A stretch of 64,000 bases of DNA. Source: an uncultured Candidatus Rokubacteria bacterium (GTDB taxonomy: Bacteria > Methylomirabilota > Methylomirabilia > Rokubacteriales > DASRDR01). Location of the stretch: assembly GCA_963708025.1 (NCBI GenBank), contig CAVPSB010000049.1:96001-160000 (forward strand), in the 5' to 3' direction. Shown one piece after another: positions 1 to 10,987 of this stretch (the stretch's first letter is position 1; each line of letters opens with the position of its first letter). The notes beneath the pieces are model-generated. The model was not told the origin of the DNA. It made no database searches and worked only from the letters and a program-made list of their open reading frames with translations. Made by a program: the position numbers and the translations under genes.

Positions 1-2
1 CC

Positions 3-722
3 CGGACGCCGAGCCGCTTCGACACCTCGTCGATGCGCGTGTGGGGCTCGGGGGCGGCGCCCTTGCCGGTCGAGCTGGTGGAGCCGTTCGAGACGAGGTT
101 CGGCGGCCGGCTCCTCGAAGGGTACGGGCTGACCGAGGCCTCCCCCGTCGTCGCCACCCATCGCTACTCGGGCGTCCGGAAGCTCGGGTCGGTCGGCCAG
201 CCGCTGCCCGGGGTCGAGGTGCGGATCCTCGACGACGCGGACCGCGCCCTGCCGATCGGCGAAGCCGGTGAGATCGGCGTCCGGGGCCCCAACGTGATGC
301 TCGGCTACTACCGGATGGCGGAGGAGACTGCCGGCACCCTCCGGAACGGCTGGCTCCACACCGGCGACGTGGGACGCCTCGACGACGACGGCTTCCTCTA
401 CATCCTGGAAAGGAAGAAGGACCTCATCATCCGCGGCGGGCTGAACGTGTACCCCCGCGAAGTCGAGGACGTGCTCTACGCCCACCCCGGGGTGGCCGAG
501 GCCGCCGTGGTCGGCATGCCCGATCCTCTCATGGGCGAGGAGGGATGCGCGTTCGTCGTCTTGCGCGCCGGCGCCACCGCGACCCCCGAGGCGTTGATCG
601 CCTTCTGCCAGGAACGCCTGGCCAAGTTCAAGTGCCCGAAGCAGGTGCGCTTCGTCGAGGCGCTCCCGAAGAGTCCGATCGGCAAGATCCTGCGCAAGCA
701 GCTCCGGACTCTCGTCACCTGA
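3..722 (+). CDS. Long-chain acyl-CoA ligase (AMP-binding), 5' truncated by window edge
   Basis: GYGLTE, WLHTGD, RKKDLIIRGG and PKSPIGKILRK adenylate-forming motifs. Confidence 0.92.
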   Translation, partial: RTPSRFDTSSMRVWGSGAAPLPVELVEPFETRFGGRLLEGYGLTEASPVVATHRYSGVRKLGSVGQPLPGVEVRILDDADRALPIGEAGEIGVRGPNVMLGYYRMAEETAGTLRNGWLHTGDVGRLDDDGFLYILERKKDLIIRGGLNVYPREVEDVLYAHPGVAEAAVVGMPDPLMGEEGCAFVVLRAGATATPEALIAFCQERLAKFKCPKQVRFVEALPKSPIGKILRKQLRTLVT

Positions 723-744
723 CCGGACGCGAGGAGGTGAACCC

Positions 745-2374
745 ATGAGGCTCAGCCGTCGCGACCTGCTCAAGCTCGGCGCCGCCGCGGTCGGTGGCTT
801 CGTTCCGTCAGTGACGGACGCCCAGACCCCCAAGCGTGGCGGGACGCTCTCGGTCCGGATGTGGGACCCGCCCCACTTCGACCTGCACGCTGCCGGCGGG
901 CTCTCCTACAAGCTCCACACGCTGATGACCTACACCCACAGCCGGCTCCTGCGGCATCGAACGGGACCCTCCGTTCAGCCCGGGACGTTCGCCGTCGAGC
1001 CCGACCTCGCGGAGTCCTGGAGCCAGCCGAACGAGACGACGTACGTCTTCAAGCTCCGGCGCGGCGTGCGCTGGCACCCCAAGCCGCCGGTGAACGGTCG
1101 CGAGCTGGTCGCCGACGACGTCGTCTACACCATCGATCGATTCCTCAGCACCAAGGGTCACGGCAACGCGCACATGCTGAGCGCCGTGGACCGGGTCGAG
1201 GCGATCGACCAGTACACGGTGAAGTTCACGCTGAAGCAGCCGTACGCCTGGTTCCTCGACACGCTGGCCAGCCCCATGGTCGTGGCCATCGTCGCCAAGG
1301 ACAGCGCGGACCGGTTCGGCGACCTCAAGAAGCCGGAGTCTTTCGTCGGCACCGGCCCCTGGATGCTCGACAGCTACCGGCCGAACCAGGGCCTCACCCT
1401 CGTGCGCCACCCCCAGTACTTCCTGGCCGGCCTGCCCCACATCGACCGCATCGAGATCACGGTCGACGAGGACAACGCCTCGCGCATCGCCTCCTTCCTC
1501 GCCGGCAAGTACGACCTCGGCTGGGCGGACGCCGCCGGCACCATCAACCGGACCGACTGGGTCCAGATCCGGGATCCGCTCAAGCAGAAGCGGCCGGGGC
1601 TCCAGACGGCGGAGTTCCCTTCCAACGTCATGTCGCACATCTCCATGCGGACGGACCAGAAGCCCTTCAGCGACGTCCGCGTCCGCCAGGCGATCTCCCA
1701 CGCCATCGACCGTCAAGGCATCATCGACGCCACCTTCGAGGGCGTCGGGGTCTTCAACGCCGCGGTGCCGGCCGCGCTCAAGGACTGGGCCTTGCCCGTC
1801 GGCCAGCTCGGCGAGGGCGTGAAGTACTTCAAGTACGATCCCGCCGAGGCCAAGCGGCTGCTGGCGGCCGCCGGCTATCCGAACGGCTTCCCGGCCAGCG
1901 CCTGCTTCACGACGTACGGCTCCACGATCCTGATCGACGGCATGCAGCTGGTCCTGAAGTACCTGAAGGACGTCGGCATCGATGCCAAGCTCGACCAGAA
2001 GGAATACGGCGCCTACATCACGACCTGCTTCTACGGGAAGTTCGACTCGATGACCTACGGGCCCCAGACGCCGTTCCTGGAGCCGGACAGCTTCCTGTAC
2101 GGCCAGTACTACCCCGGGGAGCCCCGCAACCAGAGCCACATCAGCGACCCGGTCCTGTCCGATCTGCTCGTCCGGCAGCGACGAACGATCGACCTCCCCA
2201 AGCGCCGGGAGGTCGTCCACGAGATCCAGCGCCACCTGGCCAAGCAGCAGTACTACGTGACGACGCCCTCCGGGATCTACATCGCGGTGTGGGACGGCGC
2301 CCTGAAGAACTACGGGCCGAACGTCGGCTACGACTACGGCGGGCGACTCGTGGCGAGCCTGGCTGGACCGCTAG
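745..2374 (+). CDS. ABC transporter substrate-binding protein (family 5, DppA/OppA-like) with Tat signal; probable 1-bp insertion near 2356
   Basis: SRRDLLK twin-arginine leader; PDLAESW, GTGPW and VRQAISHAIDR motifs. Removing one base near 2356 gives AAWLDR then TAG at 2372-2374, immediately followed by a stop-associated hairpin repeat. Confidence 0.9.
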
Positions 2375-2450
2375 CTTCCTCGGGGGGTCTCGGAAGACCC
2401 CCGATCCCTCCCTCGGTTGCGGCGGCCAAGCCGCCGCTCGGAGCGCTTCG
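2375..2450 (+). repeat. Repeat family B (GGGGGTCT-CGGA-AGACCCCC hairpin plus extension)
   Basis: Related copies at about 17495-17629, 35470-35541, 49004-49128 and 55667-55777. Confidence 0.8.
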
Positions 2451-2468
2451 ACGATCACGCGAGTCGAC

Positions 2469-3452
2469 ATGAGTAGTCGGCGACGTCATGGAGCATGCGA
2501 GGCCGACCTGCTGAGGCGGTATCTCGCCCGACGGCTCATGGTCGCGATCCCGTCGCTGCTGATCGCGTCGCTCGTCGTCTTCGCGCTGCCGCGGCTGATC
2601 CCGGGCGACGTCGTCGCCCTCATGCTCGAGGAGAAGGCGTACGCCCGCGACCTCGCCGAGCTGCGGGCCAGGCTCGGCCTCGACCGGCCGCTCCCCGTCC
2701 AGTACGTCGAGTGGCTCGGGCGCGTGCTGCGCGGCGACCTGGGAGAGTCGCTCTGGACCAAGCGCCCCGTCGTCGAGGAGCTGGCCCGGAGGCTGCCCCT
2801 GACTCTCGAGCTCTCGCTCCTGGCCACCGTGTTCGCGGTCCTGATCGCGGTCCCGGTCGGCGTCGTCTCCGCGACCCGCCAGGACACCCTCCAGGACTAC
2901 GCCGCCCGCAGCACCGCGGTCCTGGGGCTCTCGATTCCCAGCTTCTGGCTGGCGACGCTGGTGATCGTGCTGCCGGCGATCTGGTGGGGCTGGCGGCCCG
3001 TCAGCGGCTTCGTCGAGTTCTCGCAAGCCCCCCTCACCAATCTCGGCCAGCTCCTGCTGCCCGCCCTCATCCTGGGCCTGGCGTCCGCGGCGGCCCTGAT
3101 GCGCCTGATCCGGGGCATGCTGCTCGAGGTCCTCCGCCAGGACTACGTCCGGACCGCGTGGGCGAAAGGCCTGCGTGAGCGCGTGGTCGTCCTCAAGCAC
3201 AGTCTCCGGAATGCGGTCATCCCGGTCATCACCGTGCTGGGCATCCAGATCGCGCAGGTTCTCGGCGGCACGGTCATCATCGAGACGATCTTCGGCCTCC
3301 CCGGCGTGAGCCGCTTCCTCTTCGACGCCATCAACCAGCGCGACTACCCGGTCATCCAGGGCGTCAACCTGGTCGTCGTCTCGCTGATCGTCCTGATCAA
3401 CCTCGTCGTCGACGCCGTCTATGCCGTCCTCGACCCCCGCATCCGCTACTAG
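2469..3452 (+). CDS. ABC transporter permease (DppB/OppB-like); start uncertain (2469 or about 2511)
   Basis: PGD, LGLDRP, DYVRTAWAKGL EAA-like loop and LDPRIRY C-terminus. Confidence 0.92.
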   Translation: MSSRRRHGACEADLLRRYLARRLMVAIPSLLIASLVVFALPRLIPGDVVALMLEEKAYARDLAELRARLGLDRPLPVQYVEWLGRVLRGDLGESLWTKRPVVEELARRLPLTLELSLLATVFAVLIAVPVGVVSATRQDTLQDYAARSTAVLGLSIPSFWLATLVIVLPAIWWGWRPVSGFVEFSQAPLTNLGQLLLPALILGLASAAALMRLIRGMLLEVLRQDYVRTAWAKGLRERVVVLKHSLRNAVIPVITVLGIQIAQVLGGTVIIETIFGLPGVSRFLFDAINQRDYPVIQGVNLVVVSLIVLINLVVDAVYAVLDPRIRY

Positions 3453-3557
3453 TGCCGTTCCAACTACATGAGCCAAGATAGGCATGCGATTCTTGAAGCG
3501 CACGGATCTGCCGCATCCCTCGAAGGCATCGGCCGAAACAAGTTGGAACGGCACTAG
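3449..3557. mobile_element. 109-bp MITE with 17-bp perfect terminal inverted repeats
   Basis: CTAGTGCCGTTCCAACT (3449-3465) and AGTTGGAACGGCACTAG (3541-3557); CTAG at both ends, overlapping the permease stop codon. Confidence 0.85.
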
Positions 3558-4440
3558 GCTCGCCGACCCGGCACCGACGCTGCCGGGCCTGGTCGGCCGC
3601 ACGCTCCGCCTCGTCGGCTGGTTCGTCCGAAAGAAGCCCCTGGGGGCCCTCGGCGGGGCGATCGTCGTGGCGATGCTCGTCATGGCGGCCGGCGCCGAGT
3701 GGATCGCCCCCTACGGCTACGACGAGATGATCCGGGGCGCGCGGATGAAGCCGCCCGGCCTCTCCCACTGGCTGGGAACCGACAACCTGAGCCGCGACCT
3801 CTGGAGCCGCATCGTCTACGGCGCGCGCGTCTCGGTGACGGTGGGCTTCGCCACCATCGCGCTCGGGACCGTGTGCGCCACCGCGATCGGCGTCTCCAGC
3901 GGGTACTTCGGCGGGGTCTACGATCTCCTCGTCCAGCGCGTGGTGGACGCGTGGATGTCGTTCCCCTACCTGGTGATCGTGCTGTCGGTGATGGCGGTCC
4001 TGGGACCCGGGCTGACCAACGTGATCCTGTCGCTGTCCATCATCGTCACGGCGACCAGCTCGCGGGTCATCCGCGGCGCGACCATCGCCGTCGCCCAGCA
4101 CTCCTACGTCGAGGCCGGCCGGGCCATCGGCTGCGGGCACGGTCGGATCGTCCTCCGCTACATCCTGCCGGGCGTCGTCCCGACCGTCATCATCCTGGCC
4201 ACCATCGGGCTGGGCGGCGTGATCCTCGCCGAGTCGGCGCTCTCGTTCCTCGGCTTCGGCGTTCCCCCGCCCTACCCGTCGTGGGGAGCCATGCTGGCGG
4301 GCTCCGGTCGGACCTACATGCTGCGGGCGCCGTGGATGGCGATCTGGCCCGGCGCCGCCATCTCGCTGGCGGTCTTCGGCTTCAACATGCTGGGCGATGC
4401 GCTGCGGGACGTCCTCGACCCGAGACTGCGCGGCGGCTGA
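3484..4440 (+). CDS. ABC transporter permease (DppC/OppC-like); the ORF start lies inside the MITE
   Basis: HWLGTDNLSRD, YVEAGRAIG, ESALSFLGFG, PSWG and GDALRDVLDPR motifs. Confidence 0.92.
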   Translation: MRFLKRTDLPHPSKASAETSWNGTRLADPAPTLPGLVGRTLRLVGWFVRKKPLGALGGAIVVAMLVMAAGAEWIAPYGYDEMIRGARMKPPGLSHWLGTDNLSRDLWSRIVYGARVSVTVGFATIALGTVCATAIGVSSGYFGGVYDLLVQRVVDAWMSFPYLVIVLSVMAVLGPGLTNVILSLSIIVTATSSRVIRGATIAVAQHSYVEAGRAIGCGHGRIVLRYILPGVVPTVIILATIGLGGVILAESALSFLGFGVPPPYPSWGAMLAGSGRTYMLRAPWMAIWPGAAISLAVFGFNMLGDALRDVLDPRLRGG

Positions 4441-4483
4441 CCCGCGGAAGTCACTTCGGGCGGCCCCATCGCTCCCCTCGCGC

Positions 4484-5273
4484 TCATCTCCGCGGCCGGC
4501 CGCCGCCGGGGAAGAGCGGGACGGGGTAGCGCACGCTGAGGAGATGCAGCCCGTGGGCCGGCGCCGTCGGCCCGGCCCGCCGCCGATCGCGCCCGGCCAG
4601 GACGTCGGCGACCCAGTTCGACCGGCCGGCGGCCCTCCCCGACCTCGAGCAGCGTGCCGACGAGGTTCCGCACCATGTGGTGGAGGAACGCGTCCGCCGA
4701 GACGAAGACGCCCACCAGGTCGCCTCGCGCCACCAGGCGCAGCGCGTACACGCGGCAGACGGGCGATCGATCCCGACCGGCCGCGGCCTGGAAGGCCGAG
4801 AAGTCGTGCTTGCCCCGAAATGTCTGCAGGGCGGCCGCCATCGCGGCGAGGTCCAGGGGCCGGGAACGGTGGCACGTGTAGCCGCGCAGGAACGGCGAGG
4901 CGACCGGCCCCCGGCCGATCAGGTAGCCGTAGCGCTTGAGGCGCGCCGAGCGCCGGGCGTCGAAGCCTCGGGGGGCGGCCCGGGCGGCCAGGACGCGGAT
5001 GTCGCGAGGCAGCGTCGCGTTGAGCGCGGCCTGAACGACCGCCGGCGCCAGCGCCTTCTCGGCGTGGACGCTCGCGACCTGGCCGAGCGCGTGCACCCCG
5101 GCGTCGGTGCGGCTGGCCCCCGTCAGCCGCACGGGCCCACCGGCCAGCGGTGTCAGGGCGTCGCCGACGACCCCCTGAACCGTCCGGGTGTCGGCCTGCA
5201 CCTGCCAGCCGTGGTAGGCGGCGCCGTCGTAGGCCAGCAGGAGCGCGAGGGGCGTCGGGCCAGGGTCCGGCAC
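4484..5273 (-). CDS. truA: tRNA pseudouridine(38-40) synthase; 1-bp frameshift at about 4617
   Basis: [29 protein letters not shown] and FLHHMVRN; the shifted frame continues [13 protein letters not shown] to TGA at 4484. Confidence 0.93.
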
Positions 5274-5324
5274 CGGGCCTTCAGCCAGGGCTCCTCCCCC
5301 GGACGGGAGAGCGCGTGAAGGAGG

Positions 5325-5624
5325 TCACACGCGTGGCGAGCCGATCAGCAGCTCGGCGATCTGGACGGCGTTCGTCGCCGCCCCTTTGTGGAGCTGGTCG
5401 CCCACGACCCAGATGTTGAGGGCCCGGTCGAGGGAGAGGTCCTGGCGAATCCGTCCCACCACGCAGTCGTCCTACCCCTCGACGATCACCGGCATCGGGA
5501 GTACGCCGAGGGTCGGCGACGACCGAGGACGACCATTGGTCGGGACGGACGCCCCCAGGCCGAAGGCCGTCCGATCGACGCAGGCCGAGCGCGTTCCCCC
5601 CGAGATGAAGGTTGCGACGCTCAT
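5325..5624 (-). pseudogene. asd: Aspartate-semialdehyde dehydrogenase remnant (C-terminal about 57 codons, internal TAG at 5472-5474)
   Basis: Manual translation [50 protein letters not shown] matches the Asd C-terminus; conserved leuB-asd-truA position. Confidence 0.85.
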
Positions 5625-5637
5625 CGCCCCCGCCCCG

Positions 5638-6724
5638 TTAGGAGTAGAGGGCTTCCAGCTCGCGGATCACCCGGTCGCCCATCTGCGTGGTGCCCACGAG
5701 GGTGGTCCCCGGCGCGTGGATGTCCCGGGTCCGGTAGCCCGCGGCCAGCGTCCGCTCCACGGCCTGCTCGACCCGCTCGGCCTCCTGGGGTAGGCCGAGC
5801 GAATGGCGGAGGAGCATCCCCACCGAGAGGATCGCCGCCAGCGGGTTGGCGATTCCCTTCCCGGCGATGTCGGGCGCCGTGCCGTGGATGGGCTCGTAGA
5901 GCCCGATGCGTCCCACCGAGGCTCGCCGACGGCAGCATCCCCATCGACCCCGCGATGATCGCCGCCTCGTCCGACAGGATGTCGCCGAAGGTGTTCTCGG
6001 TCACGATCGTGTCGAAGCGTCGCGGCTCGGCCACCAGGGCCATCGCGCAGTTGTCCACCAGGAGGTGATCGAGGGCCACGTCCGGATAGGCCTTGCCGAC
6101 CTCGCCGACCACCTCGCGCCAGAGCTGGGACACGACCAGCACGTTCGACTTGTCCACCGAGGTCAGTCGCCGCCGCCGGCCCCGCGCCACCTGGAAGGCG
6201 AGGTGGGCGATCCGCTCGATCTCGGCCACGGTGTAGACCATCGTGTTCACGCCGCGCCGGCCGGGGCCGCTCCCCTCGATCCCCCGCGGCTCGCCGAAGT
6301 AGAGGCCCCCGGTCAGCTCGCGGATGACCATCAGGTCGGCCCCCTCGACGACCTCCCGCTTGAGGGGCGAGCTGTCCACCAGCATCGGGTACAGGCGCGC
6401 CGGCCGCAGGTTGGCGTAGAGGTCGAGGGCCTTCCGGATCCGGAGGATGCCGGCCTCGGGGCGCTCGCCCGGACGCAGGTGATCCCACTTCGGCCCGCCG
6501 ACCGCGCCGAACAGGATCGCCTGGCTCTCCCGGCAGAGGCGGAGGGTGGCGTCGGGGAGCGGGGTGCCGAGGGCGTCGATGGCCGCCCCCCCGATGATGC
6601 CCTCCTCCAGCTCGAACCCGACCCCGGCGCCCTTGCCGACCGCCTGGAGCACGCGCACCGCTTCCCGGATGACCTCGACCCCGATCCCGTCGCCGGGGAG
6701 GACCGCGATCCGGTGGCTGGCCAT
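5638..6724 (-). CDS. leuB: 3-isopropylmalate dehydrogenase; 1-bp frameshift at about 5913
   Basis: [28 protein letters not shown] and [10 protein letters not shown], then [18 protein letters not shown] in the next frame. Confidence 0.96.
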
Positions 6725-6725
6725 G

Positions 6726-8297
6726 CTAGGGACCGACCTCCTTCACCTGGGTCGCCGCCGCCGGTCGCACCAGCCGGTTGATCGCGTGGAGGTACGCGCG
6801 GGCGCTGGCCTCGATGACGTCGGTGGAGGAGCCCTTCCCGGACACGATGGTGCCGTCGAAGTCCACCTTGACCGAGACCTCGCCCATCGCGTCCCGGCCC
6901 TGGGTGACGGCCCGCAGGTTGTAGTCGAGAAGGCGGCCCTTGGTCCCGGTGATGGCCTCGATCGCGTTGTACGTGGCCTCCACCGGCCCGTCTCCCGTGC
7001 CGGAGTCCTGGAAGGTCTGGCCCTCCCGTTGCAGCCGGACGGTAGCCGAGGGGATCAGGCCGGTGCCGGAGACGAAGTGGAGGTAGTCCAGCGTGAACGT
7101 CTCGGCGACCTGGGTCAGCTCGTCGCTCACGATCGCCAGCAGGTCCTCGTCGTAGACCTCCTTCTTCTTGTCGGCGAGGTCCTTGAAGCGCCGGAACGCT
7201 TTGTCCAGCTCGGCCCCTTCGAGGTCCACCCCGAGGTCCTTGAGGCGGATCTTGAACGCGTGGCGGCCGGAGTGCTTGCCGAGAACCAGCTTGTTCGAGC
7301 TCCGGCCGATGTCCTCCGGCCGCATGATCTCGTAGGTAAGCTTCTCCTTCAGCACGCCGTCCTGGTGGATGCCCGCCTCGTGGGCGAAGGCGTTCTCGCC
7401 CACCACGGCCTTGTTCGGCTGGACGTGGACGCCGGTGATGTGCGACAGGAGCTTGGAGCTGCGGTAGATCTCCTCGGTCCGGACCAGGGTGTCGATGCCG
7501 AAGAAGTCCTGGCGGGTGCGGAGCGCCATCACGATCTCCTCGAGGGAGGCGTTTCCGGCGCGCTCGCCGATGCCGTTGACGGTGCACTCCACCTGCCGCG
7601 CCCCGTTCTGGATGGCGACCAGGGAGTTGGCCACCGCCTGCCCGAGGTCGTTGTGGCAGTGCACCGAGATGACGGCCCGGTGGCTGTTCTTCACCCGCTC
7701 CCGGATCCGGGCGATCCGCTCCCCCCACTCGCGGGGCATCGCGTAACCGACGGTGTCCGGGATGTTGATCGTGCGGGCGCCGGCGTCGATCACCGCCTCC
7801 AGCACCTCACACATGTAGTCGAAATCCGACCGGGAGGCGTCCTCGGGAGAGAACTCGACGTCGTCGCAGTACCCCCGGGCGTGCTTGACGGCCTCGACGG
7901 CCGCCTTGAGGACCTCGGCCCGTGACTTCCGGAGCTTGTACTTCAGGTGGATGTCCGAGGTGGCGACGAAGGTGTGGATGCGCGGCCTCGTCGCGTGCTT
8001 CACCGCTTCCCAGCACCGGTCGATGTCGCCGAGCCCGACCCGGCTGAGGCCGCAGATCGACGGCGCGTGCTCGAGCTGGCCGACGGTCTTCGCCACCTCG
8101 CTGACCGCCTCGAAGTCCTCCTCGGATGAGATGGGGAACCCGGCCTCGATGACGTCGACCCCGAGCCGCGCCAGCTGGCGGGCCATCTCCAGCTTCTCGA
8201 CGACGTTCATCGAGAACCCCGGGGCCTGCTCGCCGTCTCGGAGGGTGGTGTCGAAGATGATCACCCGGTCGCCAGCGATGGAGCGTGCGTCGGACAT
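6726..8297 (-). CDS. leuA: 2-isopropylmalate synthase
   Basis: [33 protein letters not shown] and C-terminal regulatory domain (GDGPV). Confidence 0.96.
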   Translation of the reverse strand: MSDARSIAGDRVIIFDTTLRDGEQAPGFSMNVVEKLEMARQLARLGVDVIEAGFPISSEEDFEAVSEVAKTVGQLEHAPSICGLSRVGLGDIDRCWEAVKHATRPRIHTFVATSDIHLKYKLRKSRAEVLKAAVEAVKHARGYCDDVEFSPEDASRSDFDYMCEVLEAVIDAGARTINIPDTVGYAMPREWGERIARIRERVKNSHRAVISVHCHNDLGQAVANSLVAIQNGARQVECTVNGIGERAGNASLEEIVMALRTRQDFFGIDTLVRTEEIYRSSKLLSHITGVHVQPNKAVVGENAFAHEAGIHQDGVLKEKLTYEIMRPEDIGRSSNKLVLGKHSGRHAFKIRLKDLGVDLEGAELDKAFRRFKDLADKKKEVYDEDLLAIVSDELTQVAETFTLDYLHFVSGTGLIPSATVRLQREGQTFQDSGTGDGPVEATYNAIEAITGTKGRLLDYNLRAVTQGRDAMGEVSVKVDFDGTIVSGKGSSTDVIEASARAYLHAINRLVRPAAATQVKEVGP

Positions 8298-8323
8298 GGT
8301 CGGCTCTCCTTGGTATTCGGGCA

Positions 8324-9139
8324 CTATGACGCCTCACCACCGGGGCTCGCGCCCGGGGTGGCCTCGCGGAGGACGCGCGGTGGCGCCGGCTCTCGCCTTC
8401 TCAGGAGGAGCCGCCGGACAGGCCCCGACAGCGCGTAGGCCGTGAAGGCGAGGAAGAGGAACAGCTGGGGGTGGGCGGCCACGATGAGCACGGCCAGGAC
8501 GACCACCAGCAGGACTCCGAATGCGTGGCGCCGGGCGAGGGCCGGCCCCTTGAAGGAGTAGTAACGGATGTTCGAGACCATCAGGAACGCCAGGAGATAG
8601 GTGGCGCAGGCGAGCGCGAACAGCTCGGCCCGCCCAAACTCCACGACGCCCAAGAACAGCACCATGGAGGCCACCGTCCCGGCCGCGCCGGGAATCGGGA
8701 GGCCGATGAAGTAGCGCCGGTCGGTGACGCCGGTGAGCACGTTGAAGCGCGCCAGCCGGAGGGCCCCGCAGATCACGTAGAGGAAAGCCGCCCCGGCCCC
8801 CACCCGCCCGAGAGGCGCCAGGGCCCACGAGTACAGCAGGAAGCCCGGCGCGACGCCGAACGAGACCACGTCGGCGAGCGAGTCGAACTCCACGCCGAAC
8901 TGCGTGGTCGTGCGCGTGAGGCGGGCGACCTTGCCGTCGAGGACGTCCATCACCATCGCCACGAACAGGGCGAGCGCCGCCCACTCGTGCCGGCCCTCGT
9001 GCGTGAGCACGATCGCGTAGAAGCCGCACAGCAGGTTGCCGGTCGTCAGGAGGCCAGGCAGCAGGAAGATGGTCTGCCGCCGGCGCTCCCGCAGCTCCGA
9101 CCAGCGCCGCCGCCGCAGTCCGACCGGACGCCGCCTCAT
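8324..9139 (-). CDS. pssA: CDP-diacylglycerol--serine O-phosphatidyltransferase
   Basis: DVLDGKVAR...FGVEFDSLADVVSFG CDP-alcohol phosphotransferase motif; adjacent to psd. Confidence 0.93.
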   Translation of the reverse strand: MRRRPVGLRRRRWSELRERRRQTIFLLPGLLTTGNLLCGFYAIVLTHEGRHEWAALALFVAMVMDVLDGKVARLTRTTTQFGVEFDSLADVVSFGVAPGFLLYSWALAPLGRVGAGAAFLYVICGALRLARFNVLTGVTDRRYFIGLPIPGAAGTVASMVLFLGVVEFGRAELFALACATYLLAFLMVSNIRYYSFKGPALARRHAFGVLLVVVLAVLIVAAHPQLFLFLAFTAYALSGPVRRLLLRRREPAPPRVLREATPGASPGGEAS

Positions 9140-9152
9140 TCGGGTACTTCCG

Positions 9153-9253
9153 GCAGGGGGGGAGTCCCAACCACTCCCCCCCTGGACCCCCCCACCTGGG
9201 GGCCGGTCGCGATCGCCTGGGGGTCGGTCGCGATCGCCTGGGGGTCGGTCGCG
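9153..9253. repeat. G/C hairpin plus about 2.8 tandem copies of a 21-bp unit (CCTGGGGGTCGGTCGCGATCG)
   Basis: Units at 9195-9215, 9216-9236 and 9237-9253; hairpin at about 9153-9184. Confidence 0.8.
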
Positions 9254-9269
9254 CGTCGGACTCGGAATC

Positions 9270-9950
9270 TCACTCGAGGACCGCCAGGACGGTCTCGCCG
9301 GCCCGGACCCGGTCACCGACCCGCACGGTGACCCGGGCCCGCTCGGGCATCACGACATCCATCCGGGACCCGAACCTGATCAGGCCGAACCGCTCCCCGG
9401 CCTCGACGACGTCGCCCGGCTCGACCCGGCAGACGATCCGCCGCGCCAGGACGCCCACGACCTGGCGCATGACCACCCGGCCCGTCTCGCCCTCCAGGGC
9501 GACCCGCACGCTGTGGTTTCCCTCGGCCTCCGGCCGGTAGGCCGCCGCGAACCCGCCCGGGCAGCGCTCGACGCTGGCCACCCGCCCGCTGATCGCCACC
9601 CGGTTCACGTGGACGTCGAGCGGCGAGAGGAAGATCACGACCCGCCGGGCCGGCCCCACGAACGCATCCTCGACCCCCGCGCGCACCTCGGTCACCCGCC
9701 CGTCGGCCGGGGCCAGGACCGCCCCCGCCGTCGCCGGCGGCGTGCGATCCGGGTCACGGAAGAAGAACGCCATGAAAGCGGCCAGCCCGGCGGGAAGGAC
9801 CGCCGTCTTGCGCCAGCCGAGCCCCGCCATCCCCAGCGCCAGCGCGAGGGGTACCAGGATGAATGGCCAGCCGTCGGCGGCGATCGGCAGCTTCGGGGCC
9901 GGGGACCCGGGACGCGGGGAGCGGGCGGCGGCGCGCGCGGCTTCCGGCAT
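9270..9950 (-). CDS. psd: Phosphatidylserine decarboxylase proenzyme
   Basis: FFRDP, APADG, FLSPLDVHVNR and FGS self-cleavage motif. Confidence 0.93.
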   Translation of the reverse strand: MPEAARAAARSPRPGSPAPKLPIAADGWPFILVPLALALGMAGLGWRKTAVLPAGLAAFMAFFFRDPDRTPPATAGAVLAPADGRVTEVRAGVEDAFVGPARRVVIFLSPLDVHVNRVAISGRVASVERCPGGFAAAYRPEAEGNHSVRVALEGETGRVVMRQVVGVLARRIVCRVEPGDVVEAGERFGLIRFGSRMDVVMPERARVTVRVGDRVRAGETVLAVLE

Positions 9951-9968
9951 CGGCCCTTCCGGTACCTC

Positions 9969-10973
9969 CTACATCCGGGGCGGCTTGATCCAGCTCATCA
10001 TCGAGCGGAGCCGCTGGCCCACCTCTTCGATCTGGTGGTCCGCCTCCACCCGGCGCATGGCCAGGAAGCCGGCCCGGTTGGCCTGGTTCTCCAGGACCCA
10101 CTCGCGGGCGAACTGCCCGGACTGGATCTCCCGGAGGATCTTCCGCATCTCGGCCCGGGTCTCGTCGGTGACGATGCGGGGACCCCGGGTGTAGTCGCCG
10201 TACTCGGCGGTGTCCGAGACCGAGTAGCGCATGTAGGCCAGGCCGCCCTGGTAGAAGAGGTCCACGATCAGCTTCATCTCGTGCATGCACTCGAAGTACG
10301 CCACCTCGGGCTGATACCCGGCGGCGACGAGGGTCTCGAAGCCGGCCTTGATCAGCGCGGACACGCCGCCACAGAGCACCGTCTGCTCGCCGAACAGGTC
10401 GGTCTCCGTCTCTTCCTTGAAGGTGGTTTCGATGACGCCGGCCCGGGTGCACCCCACGCCCCTGCCGTAGGCGAGCGCGAGCTCGCGGGCCTTGCCGGAG
10501 ACGTCCTGGTGCACGGCGATGAGGGCCGGCACCCCCGGGCCCTGGGTGAAGAGGTCCCGCATGATGTGGCCGGGCGCCTTGGGGGCGATCATCGAGACGT
10601 CGACGTCCGGCGGCGGGACGATCTGGTTGAAGTGGATCGAGAAGCCGTGCGCCACCATCAGCATCTTGCCCTTGGTGAGGGCGCCCCGGATCGACTCCTC
10701 GAAGACGGCCCGATGGGTCTGGTCGGGCAGCAGGATCATCACGACATCCGCCATCTGGGCGGCGTCGGCGACGCTGGCGACCCGGAGCCCATCCTTCTCG
10801 GCCTTGGCCCAGCTCTTGGAGCCCTTGTAGAGCGCGACCACCACGTCCAGGCCCGAGTCCTTGAGGTTCAGCGCGTGGGCGTGGCCCTGGCTGCCGTACC
10901 CGACGATGGCGATCTTCCTGCCCTTGAGCAGCGAGAGATCCGCGTCCTGATCGTAGTAGATCCGGGCGGGCAT
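9969..10973 (-). CDS. ilvC: Ketol-acid reductoisomerase
   Basis: [25 protein letters not shown] and SDTAEYG. Confidence 0.98.
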   Translation of the reverse strand: MPARIYYDQDADLSLLKGRKIAIVGYGSQGHAHALNLKDSGLDVVVALYKGSKSWAKAEKDGLRVASVADAAQMADVVMILLPDQTHRAVFEESIRGALTKGKMLMVAHGFSIHFNQIVPPPDVDVSMIAPKAPGHIMRDLFTQGPGVPALIAVHQDVSGKARELALAYGRGVGCTRAGVIETTFKEETETDLFGEQTVLCGGVSALIKAGFETLVAAGYQPEVAYFECMHEMKLIVDLFYQGGLAYMRYSVSDTAEYGDYTRGPRIVTDETRAEMRKILREIQSGQFAREWVLENQANRAGFLAMRRVEADHQIEEVGQRLRSMMSWIKPPRM

Positions 10974-10987
10974 CCGTGCGCCTCCTT

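Noticed and set aside
5472-5474. In-frame TAG in the asd stub as pyrrolysine or readthrough
   Set aside because: The gene lacks most of its length and no pyl genes are visible; simple decay explains it.
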